Assembly: GCF_009914755.1 (NCBI RefSeq)
Contig: NC_060928.1
DNA length: 64,000 nucleotides
Strand: one strand, 5' to 3'
Origin: the human T2T-CHM13v2.0 reference genome, Homo sapiens
The notes under the pieces are model-generated. The model had not been told where the DNA came from and searched no databases. It was given only the letters and a program-made list of their open reading frames with translations. Position 1 is the first letter of the stretch. The number at the start of each line of letters is the position of its first letter. Shown in pieces: positions 1 through 11,799 of the stretch. A program made the position numbers and the translations under genes.

Positions 1-950
1 CAATAATGATGGGTATTATTTTTTCACATCTTTGCCGGTTACTGCTATTTTTCATTAAATAATTTATAGCCATGAATGTGAAGTGGTATCTCATTGTGGT
101 TTTGATTTCCATTATTCTACTAAATAATGATGTTGAGCATCTTTTTATATGTTTGTTAGTCATTTGCATAATTTCTTTGGAGAAATGTTTATTCAAGTCT
201 TTCACCCATTTTTAAATTGAATTGTCTGCTCTTTTGTTTTTAAGTTGTAAGAGTTCTTTTGTTGTTGAGTTGTAAGAGTTCTTTATGTATTCTGGATATT
301 AGACACTTATCAGGTATATAATTTTCAAATATTTCTTCCATTTCAAAGGTTGACTTCTTACATCCTCGATATTATCTTTGATACACAAATTTTTTTAATT
401 TTTATGAAGTCCAATTTAATTTCTATGAAATTGTATAGTTTTAGCAGTTACAATTAGTTGTTTGATGTATTTTGAGTTGATTTGTCTGTTTACTGTAGGA
501 CAGGCAGCATCCACCTTCAATATTTTACATGTGGATATACAGTTGATCAAACAGCATTTGTTGAAGAGATTCTCCTTTCCCCATTGGCTGGTCTTCGCAT
601 CCATGATAAAAATCAATTGAACATAGGGCATGGGATTATGTATGGCCTCTCAATTCTATTCCATTATTCTATATGTCTATTATTACACCAACACCCTACT
701 GTTTATATTACAGTAGCTTTGCAGTAAGCTTTGAAATTGGAAAGTGTTAGTCCTCCAATTTTGATTTTTCTTCAACATTGCAGTGTGTATTCTGGATCTC
801 TTACAGATCAGCTTTTTTAAATCTGCAACAACAACAACAAAATAACATTTCAAGGTTTTTATTGAGACTGCATTTTGTCTTCTGATCACTTTGGGTAGTA
901 TTTTCATTTTGTCAATATTAAGTCTCCCAATACATGAACACAGCATGTTT
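1..950 (-). mobile_element. Old L1 (L1M-type) ORF2 3' region, degraded
   Basis: Antisense L1 motifs such as gtggtatctcattgtggttttgattt and tctttggagaaatg; minus-strand ORF fragments resemble ORF2 (QWGKENLFNKCC; GRLNIDKMKILPKVI). Confidence 0.85.
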
Positions 951-1239
951 TTCTATGAGACATTATTTTTATTAACTCTTTGTCAGCCATTAACATCTAC
1001 ATATCACAGGCCACAGCCATATCATATCCCTGTAACTAACAGGAAACCTTGGAAATTAAGTTCAGCTCTTGCTGCCCTGAAAGTGTCAGGGTTAAGTTAT
1101 AAAGAAGGAATATAAAATTAATATTGAGGAATTGAGTAATTAGCAGTGTCTGCTACACCTCATTATGACCAAACTGATGTAGAACTCACAGTTTCCAGTT
1201 TCATAATCATGTTTTTGAATGCATTAAAATTAGACTTTT

Positions 1240-2840
1240 TAAAAATGAAATTATCTAAAATTGTAGAAAGCTAAGAACCACTCTGTGAAGAGCTGTGGCT
1301 GTTACTGGAGCCCCTACACATTGTTCTCATGTCATGAAAGCTGGCTTCTCAGAGTCAACAATTTCAAGAGACAAGAAGTAGGTTTAGCCCTGGAAATTGA
1401 TATAGCATCAATTCTGACACATTCTACTGGGCAAAGGACTCATAAAGCCTGTACATATTGCAGATCGAGAGAAAGAGGGCCCACTGCTAGATAAGAGGAA
1501 TATGAAAAAATTTGTAGCTGTATGCAGACCAATAAAATCTGCACCTGAGCCACAAATTATTTACATTCCTGACACATACAGAATGCCCCATTTCCAAGAC
1601 TCTAAAATGTTTAACCCATTAGTCGAACAGGATTAGGCTTAAGTTCCAAGATCTCATCATATAAATCAGGTTCAGGAATGAATTATATTTCTCAGGGGCA
1701 GTTATTCTTAGCTCTAAAGATCTGTGAACTAAAGAGACAAGTTATCTGCCTGGAATTATTCTGAGGAATTTATGTAGGATAAAAGAGTCTAGTCACAGAT
1801 GTAATCTTACTTAAAGTTATTTCATACTTTAAGAATCTTTTACGGAAAGAGCCTAGAAATGAGAAAGTTTCATTTTCAAATTTAGAATTTTCTGCTTTTT
1901 AATATTTCTCCTAAATGCTACTCAAAATTGCAACGGTTCTTTTTAAAATTTATCTATCTTTCCCTGGGTTATATCATAGGCAGCTAGTAAAAGTCAGATG
2001 CCACTTTCTATGTTGTTCCTAAAAAATCTCTCCTGCTAAATTGGCTGCTTAATTAGACAGTCTTTATATTTTCCATATTCCCACAGGTGACATTGTTGCC
2101 AAATTTGCCCCTACTACATGAAAGTTATACCTTTCCTCTAGCATTCAACATCTTCTTACTGTCTTTCAAGTCATTAAGCATTCTTGAGGATCTCCTAGCT
2201 TTCACACACAATCTTGCCAAAACCCTTCCAGCCTCTGCTCACTGCCTAGCTTGAAAGCCAATGTCATACATCTTAAGTTACTGGTGTGTAGTACTTCACT
2301 TTTATGTACCAAATTTCTGTTTCGGTTTTATATTACTAAGTAATAAACTACCTTATCATTTAGTGGCTTAAACCAACGAAATTATTTTGTGGGTCATAAA
2401 TTTGGGGAAACTTTGACTAGAGTATTTTCCTCTAAACTCCGTAGTGTTAAGTGGGCTGGCTAGGGCTGGAGGATCTACTTTCTGGATCACTTTCTTACTC
2501 ACATGTCTAGCACTAGGATTGGGATGCTAGTAGCCAGTTAGCAGTTGATGCTGGGAGCTGTTAACAACAGTGCCTACATGTGGTTTCTCCATATGCCTTG
2601 GGTTTCTCCAAGTACTGTGGCTGAGTCCCAAAGGGAATACAATTATAAGCAAATATTTTCAGAGTAGATGTAGAAGCACCCAGTGCCTTAGGGCCTCAGC
2701 CCAGAAATAGGTACAAATTGATTCTACCATATTCTATTCTTAGAAAGTCACAGATCCTGCCCAGATTCACGGGAACGGGAAATAATATACCCCTCCTAAA
2801 AATAGAAGGTGTGTCAAAGAATTTATAGCCATCTTTTATG
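1240..2840 (-). mobile_element. MLT1 (ERVL-MaLR) provirus remnant: partial LTR ~1240-1530, internal ~1531-2317, LTR 2318-2840
   Basis: Two similar LTR tails (aatttgtagctgta at ~1510; aatttatagccatc at ~2820). Internal/LTR junction cacttttatgtaccaaatttc|tgt at 2297-2320 is typical of MaLR. Confidence 0.7.
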
Positions 2841-2854
2841 TTGAATATATCACT

Positions 2855-3290
2855 GGCAAAATTTATTGAAGTTGAATATGTGTATATCTTTTAACGCAAC
2901 ATTCTTTTACTTCCAGTATATTTCAGTAAACATATATGCAACATACATGTGTACATGATCCCCAAAGACAAGTGTTCTCACAATAGTACTATTTTTAACT
3001 TTTTAAAAACAAAAACACTTAGATGAATATTAACAATAAAATTGATACATTTCTGTATCATAACACAGAGCTACAAAATACAGAACTGAACACTGAATAA
3101 TCTACAACTATACAGATACATATGGAAAAAAATTACAGGCATTACGTGGGATGTAACGTTAGGACAAAATATTACATACTCTCATTTCATTTATATAAAG
3201 TTAAAAAAGGCAAACTGAATCTATTGGGTCAAATGTTGATATGAGTCATGGATTAATCTTCTATGGTGTTGGGAATGTTCAGTGTCCTGG
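2855..3290 (+). mobile_element. L1ME/L1MD-type 3' fragment
   Basis: Degenerate L1M 3' UTR wording (catttatataaagttaaaaaaggcaaactgaatcta). Confidence 0.6.
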
Positions 3291-3390
3291 TCTTTTTTTC
3301 TGTTTTGTTTGTGATAACATGTACATTTTTCTTTTTGTGTATTCTACCACAATAATCATTTCCCCAAAAAAAGACAAAAATATTATTTCA

Positions 3391-3817
3391 TATTTGTTTC
3401 CTATGATTCTGTGACAAATTATCACAAATTTAACAGACTAAAACAGCCCAAATTTATTATCTTACAGTTCTGAAGGTCAGAAGTACAAAATTGGTCTTAC
3501 TGAGCTCATATCATTGTGGCCAGGGCTGCATTCCTTCTAGAGACTCTAAGGAAAAATTAGCTTCTTTGCTTTATTCACCTTCTAGAGTCCATCAGCATTC
3601 CTTGGTTCATGGCCTTCTTCCAACTTCAAATACAGCATTATAACATTTTAAAATTTCTCTTCGATTGTGAGTCTACTGCATTGTGATAAAATTGAGTCCA
3701 CAAAAATAGGGTAGTCTACCTATCTCAAGTCTCTTAACTTAATCACATTTGCAAAGTCCCTTCTGCTATGTAAGGAAACATATTCACAGGTTCTAGGGAT
3801 TAGAACATAGACATCTT
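3391..3817 (-). mobile_element. MLT1B/C-type solo LTR
   Basis: tttcctatgattctgtgacaaattatcacaaa...cttacagttctgaaggtcagaagt...catattcacaggttctagggattagaacatagacatctt. Confidence 0.85.
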
Positions 3818-6095
3818 AACCTCAACATAATAAAAGCCATATATGACACATCCATGGTTAGTATCATACTGAATGGGGAAAACTGAATGACAAGAATGCC
3901 CACTGTCATTACTGTTATTCAACATAGTACTAGTAGTCCTAGCTAGAGCATCAAATAAGAGAAAGATATAAAATGTAACCATGTTGAAAAGGAAGAAGTC
4001 AAATGATCCCTGTTTTCAGATAATATGATCTTATATTTGAAAAAAAATCTAATGACTGCACAAGAAAACTATAAAAATTCAGTAAAGTGGCAGGATACAA
4101 AATAAACATACCCAAATCAGGACATTTCTATATGTCAACAGTGAACAGTACAAAAAAGAAATTTTAAAAGCAATCCTATTTACAACAGCCACACAGAAAA
4201 TTAAATAAACAAAGAAGTGAAAGATCTCTATAATAAATCAAATAATTAAAAAATATTTATAATACATTACAACAAAGAAGTGAAAGATGTCTATAATAGA
4301 AACCATAAAACACTTTTGAAGAGAACACCAAAAAACTAGAAAAAAATTCAATGTTCATGGATTAGAAGAATCAATATTATTAAAATGCCCATACTGCCCA
4401 AAGCAATCTACAGATTCAGTGTAATCCCTATCAAAATACCAATGACATTCTTTACAGAAATAGAGAAAACTATGCTAACATTTATGTGGAACCACAAAGC
4501 ACCAAGAATAGCTAAAGCTATCCCAAGCAAAAAGAACAAAACTGGAGAAATTACATTACATTACCTGACTTCAAATTATACTACAAAGCTTTAGTAACCA
4601 AAACAACATGGCACTGGCAAAAAATAGACACATAGACCAAAGTAACAGAATAGAGAAACCAGAAACAAATCCATACACCTACAGTATACTCATTTTCAAC
4701 AAATGTACCACTAGGGAAATGATAGTCTCTTCAATAAATGGCTCTCGGAAAACCGGACATCCATATGCAGAAGAATGTGCCCCTGTCTCTTGCCATATAC
4801 ATAAATCAAAATGAATTAAAGACTTAAATCTAAGACCTCAAGCTATAAAACTTCTACAAAAATTTTAAAGAAAGTGTCCAGGACATTAGTCTGGGCAAAA
4901 GTTTCTTCAGCAATACCACACAAGCACAGGAAACCAAAGCAAAAACGGACAAATGGGATCATATCAAGTTAAAAAGCTTCTGAATAGCAAAGAATACAAT
5001 CAACAAAGTGGAGAGACACCCCACAGGATGAGAGAAAATATTTTCAAACTACCCATCTGACAAGGGATTAATAACTAGAATATATAAGGAGCTCAAACAA
5101 CTGTATAGGAAAAAATCTAATAATCCAATCAAAAGATGGGTAAAAGATTTTTCAAAAGAAGACATACAAATGGCAAACAGGCATTTAAAAAGGGGTTCAA
5201 CATCACTGACCATTACAGAAGTGCAAATCAAAACTACATTGAGGTATCATCTCACCCCTGTTAACGTGACTTATATCCAAAAAACAGGAGATAACAAATG
5301 CTGGTGAGAATATAGAGAAAAGGAAACCCACATACACTGTTGGTGTGAATGCAAATTAGTACAACTATGGAGAACAATTTGGAGGTTTCTTCAAAAACTA
5401 AAACTGGAGATACCATATGATCTAGCAATCCAAGTGCTGGATATATACCCACAAGAAAAAAAAATCAGTGTATCAAACTGATATCTGCACCCCTATGTTT
5501 GCTGCAGCACTGTTTCCAATTGCTAAGATTTGGAAACAACTAAGTGTCCACCAACAGATGAATGGATAAAGAAAATGTGGTACATATACTCAATAGAGTA
5601 CTATTTAGCCATAAAAAAGAATGAGATCCAGTCATTTGCAACAACATGGATAGAACTGGAGATGATTATGTTAAGCGAAGTAACTCAGGCACAGAAAGAC
5701 AAACATTACATTTTCTCATTTATTTTTGGAATCCAAAAATTAAAACATTTGAACTCATGGATATAGTAGAAGGATGGTTATCAGAGGCTGAGAGGGGTAG
5801 TGGGGAAAAAGCAGTGAGGTGGGGATGGCTAATAAGTACAAAAAATAGTTAGAAAAAATGAATAATATCTATTATTTGATAGCACAATAGGGGGATTATA
5901 GTCAATAATTACTTAACTATACATTTTAAAATAATGTAGCTCAGTGGATAAATGCATGAGAGATGTATATCCTATTCTTCATGATGGGCTTATTTCACAT
6001 TGCATGCCTGTATCAAAAAACCTCATGTACCCCATAAATATATTCACCCACTATGTACCCACAAAAATTGAAAATAAAATAAATTTATAAAAATA
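3818..6095 (+). mobile_element. 5'-truncated L1MA2/3-like LINE-1 (ORF2 3' half and 3' UTR)
   Basis: ORF fragments [19 protein letters not shown] and KCPPTDEWIKKMWYIYS; 3' end catgtaccccataaatata...tatgtacccacaaaaatt plus A-rich tail. Confidence 0.92.
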
Positions 6096-6254
6096 ATGGA
6101 TTTTGTCTTCAGAGAATCCTGTCAGAGTATCCATAATGTTATAAAAGAATTTCAAGAAAGATGTTTCCTAAGTTTCCTATGTTCCAATATCACCTCTGAA
6201 TTTCTGCCCTAACCCGGAACACAATTCCAGTATTTTCCAATTCAAAAAAACTTT

Positions 6255-6630
6255 GCAGGATTGTGATATCATTATAAACAGCTTATGATCTCAGTGGCTT
6301 AACCACAACAATGTTCTTTTTGCTCACAATGTATGTCAGCAGCAGTTCTCTGGAACTGCTCCAGCCATTGAAGTCAACTATGATTTTGTTTCATTCTGCT
6401 TGGCTCTACCCCATGAATTTTCTTTATTCAAATATTCAGACTAAAGCAGAAACCACTTTAAAACATGCTGTTCTTTTTAGAAGAGTACTATCCAAAACAT
6501 AAAATGACTCGAAGTTTCCACTTAGAATATGCATACATCACTTCTGCTCAAATCCCATTGGGTAAGTAAGCCATATGGACCAACCATAGCTCAAAGAGGT
6601 AAAGGAATAAAGCTCTCCTGCAGGAGAACT
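6255..6630 (-). mobile_element. Old MLT1 (J/K/L-like) LTR
   Basis: atctcagtggcttaaccacaaca...catcacttctgctcaaatcccattgg motif pair. Confidence 0.7.
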
Positions 6631-6999
6631 CTGGCTTCTATGTACAACAAACTCTGGCCTCAGGGAAGGCCTATTCTGCATTTCCTTTTATTTTGAATTT
6701 TAAAAATTCCCCTTATTTCTTCTTGTAATCAATTATAATGTTATAATTTATAATAATATGATAATTCCCTCCACATAAATGAGTCTTTGTTTCTTACAAA
6801 GAAATGTAACCAAATTAAATAATTATACTTGAGTTTATCAGATATATACTTCATTATCTATACCTATAACCACTAAGTAGTGTTTGATACCTACTAAATG
6901 TTCAATAATAGCTACACAACTTACACTAATTGCCAGAGAGAAATCATTCATTTTCATTTAATCAAATTAAAATGAGAGGAATCTTATTATTATATCAGT

Positions 7000-7112
7000 T
7001 CAAAATAAACAGGAATTGAAGTTTTAGAAGTTTAATTGGGTCCAAGATTATACAGCTAGAGAATTACAGAGACAGGATTTGAACGCAGGCAATCTGACTC
7101 AAAAACCATGCA
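7000..7112 (-). mobile_element. MIR fragment
   Basis: ccaagattatacagctag...agagacaggatttgaacgcaggcaatctgactc core. Confidence 0.75.
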
Positions 7113-9051
7113 TGGAACTGAAATTTATGAATTTAATTGAAATAAGGAATATTATGTTTAATTAGGATGTAGTAATCTTCAATGATACATATTACTTCAA
7201 TTTCTAGGTTGTATATTTAATCAACAAAACGTATTTAAGTTATGTAAAATTAAATCTTCAAGGAATTTTTAGATAATAGTTACATATACCAAATTATAAA
7301 TTGCATATTCTCTTGCAGCTGCTTTTAATGTGACAGTTTTTAGAACTACAGGAATGTAGGTCGTTTTTTTGCAAATATGACCACAATAAATTCTTCTATA
7401 CCAGCATTCATACTGCTTTCTAATTAACTCTATTTTCCCATCAAGAAGTATTTCTACTCCTGAATTCAGGTTTGAGAAAGAAAATTAATCAATAGGAATG
7501 TTATACCAACATTTCTAAAAGCAGTGTTATTAATTCAGCATATAAGCAAAAGATTTTAATTAAATGAAAGAAACTCAGGCTTGCGCATTGCTATTTTTGT
7601 GGTTTAGAACCATTGTGGATAGATACTACACAGCAAAATGAGCATATTTTCAAAGAAAGACAGTAGGCATTAAATTAAAATATATCAATGTATACTATTC
7701 TAAACTATGAATAAATGTCTCAAAAATTTGAATCTATCCACAGTGCTAATGTTTATATCTTCTTTTATATGCAGAAATATCTTTTTATAGTTTAAGTTCC
7801 GTTATAAATTACAGTGTTGTCTTTGTTTAAGTTTTTCCTCAGCTTAATAACAATAATAATAATAATAATAGAATCAGGGTGAAGAACTACTTTTCGCAAT
7901 CAAGTGATGTCTTCGTTTGAAAAGTACAAACAATATTCTGCTTTTCAATAAATATGTTAAAATGGCATTGTTATCAGAGTCATTTATTTGATGATCAAAA
8001 AAACAAAAAAAATTCAAAACATAAACATCAAATATATCCTAAGGGAATTCATTAAATTTCATATAATTGATATTGTTAATATAATACCTCTTTACTAAAG
8101 CTTATAAAATTTATTTCAATTATGTGTTTGAAGGATAAATAGTGCTGTTATAAATATTTGGTCTATGTATTTCAAATAAACATGTCAAATAAATGATGAT
8201 TTCTCAAATATTAAAGTATACATAAATGTATCTCTCATTTAACAAGTCTACTTATAGGATCTATTCCAAATGTACACTGACAAAAGCATGAAAAGATGTA
8301 TACACGAGGGTATTTGTTGTAGACCTACTTGTCATAGCAGAAAGCTGGTAAAAACTCAATATTCAAAAATAGGGAACTAGTTCAATGACCAGAGAAAATG
8401 CATACAATAAAGTACTGAAAAAAGAAATCAGTACTGAGAAATTTTTCTTTATTTTGTTAAGAAAATATAACCAGTTTATTTTTAAGTTAAACATAATAAT
8501 AGTTTGAAATACATTTATTTACTTACGCTCCTTTGAGGCTCAGAACAATTAACAAGTGCCAGCCAAAGAAGCTCACATATATACAAATATCTGCTTTCTT
8601 GTTCAAAATAATCATAGAAGGATAACCATAATATTTTTTAAATATTTCCTATAGGGTAAGGAAGGGAATCGATTGGAGGGGATATGATTAGAACCTAGCC
8701 TTCTATGAATGCACATTATATTGTAAATATAATTTTGGAAACACATAAACACTTTATATGATTATAAAATTAAATTCAAAAGAAGCAAGTCCTAATCATT
8801 TAAACTGAAACAAATGAAACTATGTATACAGTTATATAGTGGAAGTATTCCAAGTGACAATAAGGCACAATAATTTGATTGTGCATCCTAGCGAAATATA
8901 CCCTTGGGATAAAAACATATTCAAAACAATATTTACATTAATATAATTGCTCTTTTTTGATGAATTCGATTATTTATGGTGTCATCATTTTGAGAAGGTT
9001 AAGCATGTAGTACAAATAAGTAAGTAGGTTTGTGTAATAAGAAATTAAATT

Positions 9052-9528
9052 TTTTGATGTGCTGCTGGACTCAGTTTGTCAGTATTTTATTGAGGATTTT
9101 TGCATCAATGTTCATCAGGGATATTGGCCTGAAATTTTCTTTTTTTGTTGTGTTTCTGCCAGGTTTTGGTATCAGGATAATGCTGGCCTCATAAAATGAG
9201 TTAGGAAGGAGTCCCCCTTTTTCTGTTGTTTGGAATAATTTCAGAAGGAATGGTACCAGCTCTTCTTTGTACTTCTGGTAGAATTCAGCTGTGAATCCGT
9301 CTGGTCCTGGGCTTTTTTTGGTTGGTAGGCTGTTAATTACTGCCTCAATTTCAGAGCCTGTTATTGGTCTATTCAGGGATTCTACTTCTTCCTGGTTTAG
9401 TCTTGGGAGGGTGTGTGTGTCCAGGAATTTATCCATTCCTACAAACCTGCATGTTTTGTACATGTATCCCAGAACTTAAAGTAAAATTTAAAGAAATTTA
9501 AATTTAAAAACAAGTGAAAAAAGGAAAA
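9052..9528 (+). mobile_element. 5'-inverted (twin-primed) L1PA insertion: inverted ORF2 piece 9052-9437 plus forward 3' tip ~9440-9528
   Basis: Minus ORF 9071-9463 encodes [25 protein letters not shown]...[10 protein letters not shown]; forward acaaacctgcatg...gtatcccagaacttaaagt plus A-rich tail; TSD aagaaattaaatt at 9039-9051 and 9529-9541. Confidence 0.9.
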
Positions 9529-9640
9529 AAGAAATTAAATTCTTTTTGTGTGGAAATATAGAAATAGAAATATAAGAATGATGAGATAAATTAGGAGTCA
9601 CATAATTCTGAAGGCCAATTGGAAATAGAAGTTTAAACTT

Positions 9641-10090
9641 TGTTTTGTCTGTCTGAACCCATGGCTGGAGTTATCCCAGAAGTGTTGGCATGGAATTCTC
9701 ACAGGAGTCTGCCCCAAACTGTCACAAAATGGGATTGGAATTGTTGGAATTCCAAAGAAAGAAGCACTGAGTACCAGGGAGATCAGTCCAAAGGATTCTT
9801 AAGGGAAACTTACACAGGGAGTGCTACAGTGACCCTTGCGATGGGCAGACAGAAAACAGATGTACCTACGTATGTCCCCTATAAAGTTTATATAAAAGTT
9901 TGAGGAATTTAGGTTAGGGCCAGAGATAGTTTTTACTGTTTACCAACATATTTGATCTTTGGGTATTTTAGGCAACAGCCCAAAGAAGTTCATCAGTACA
10001 TGGAAACGTTCAAGGCCCCTGCATAGGTTCAAGCCTGAAGGTAAAAACATGCAGCTAGTTGCTTCACAGAGAGGTCAAGGCACTCCCACA
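9641..10090 (-). mobile_element. ERVL solo LTR (LTR47-like)
   Basis: TG...CA ends; minus strand reads ctagctgcatgtttttacc...ggcttgaacc...ggggccttgaac and tcagtgcttctttctttggaattcc, resembling LTR47 from memory. Confidence 0.65.
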
Positions 10091-10359
10091 AACACATATG
10101 ATTTTTTTTTTTTTTTTGGTAAATACATATTTTGAAGCTCTATTAGTTAAAACCAGCTGGAAACAAGGACCACATATGTAACTATGAACACCCTGCTTTT
10201 ACAGATTTTCCCAAAAAAGCATTTCCTCTGAAAGGGACAAGGTTTCTAAGAGAAAGGGCTGCTTCATGTCTGAGACAGAAAATGTGTAAGATGATCCTTG
10301 AGCATTAAGGGCACCAACAAAGACTGCCAGGATCACATCAAAAGAACTCAAATGCCAAA

Positions 10360-10455
10360 TTGAACACTCTCAAAGACACATCTAGAATAAAGTTTGACCA
10401 AATGTCTGGGCACCCTGGGGCCCACTTATGTTTACACAAAAAATTAGCCACCACA
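10360..10455 (-). mobile_element. MLT2 LTR terminal fragment
   Basis: ccaaatgtctgggcaccctggggcccac...tacacaaaaaattagccaccaca. Confidence 0.7.
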
Positions 10456-10889
10456 TTGCCCATCAATACAAATGTGAAACTCTGAAGATCCCAATGAAAC
10501 AAAGAGAAAAATGGAGACAATTGTGCACAAATTTAGATTTTAAGTTTCTCTATATATTTCACAGCTGGTAGGCAACTGAATAAGAAGAGGGAATTATTTT
10601 CCCTTAATTTTCTAGATTTCAGAACTGAGTCTTGACAGTAATTTGTAGTTTAGGGGCATGTGTATTTAGTTATAATCTAAATAATGCTTCAAAATGTATT
10701 AAGTTATTATGTACAAATTAGCTTATTTGATTCCTCAGAACAGTGTTATAAAGGGAGGAGCCTATTTTTTTTCCAATATCTTTTAAATTAGGAAACAGGC
10801 TCAAAGATCTTAGTCTAGGGATATATTTTACAGCATATCAAAAGTTAAAATGGGTATCAAATGTAGACCCTAGTTCACCATTTTATTCA

Positions 10890-11790
<901 letters not shown>

Positions 11791-11799
11791 AACAGTTTA

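Larger units (their letters stand above)
8230..10340 (+). mobile_element. Fragmented L1MC/L1ME-type 3' region hosting younger insertions at 9039-9541 and 9641-10090
   Basis: Old L1 3' wording (ctacttataggatctattcca; cttgtcatagcagaaagctgg) and L1MC-like UTR wording at 10120-10310. Confidence 0.55.
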
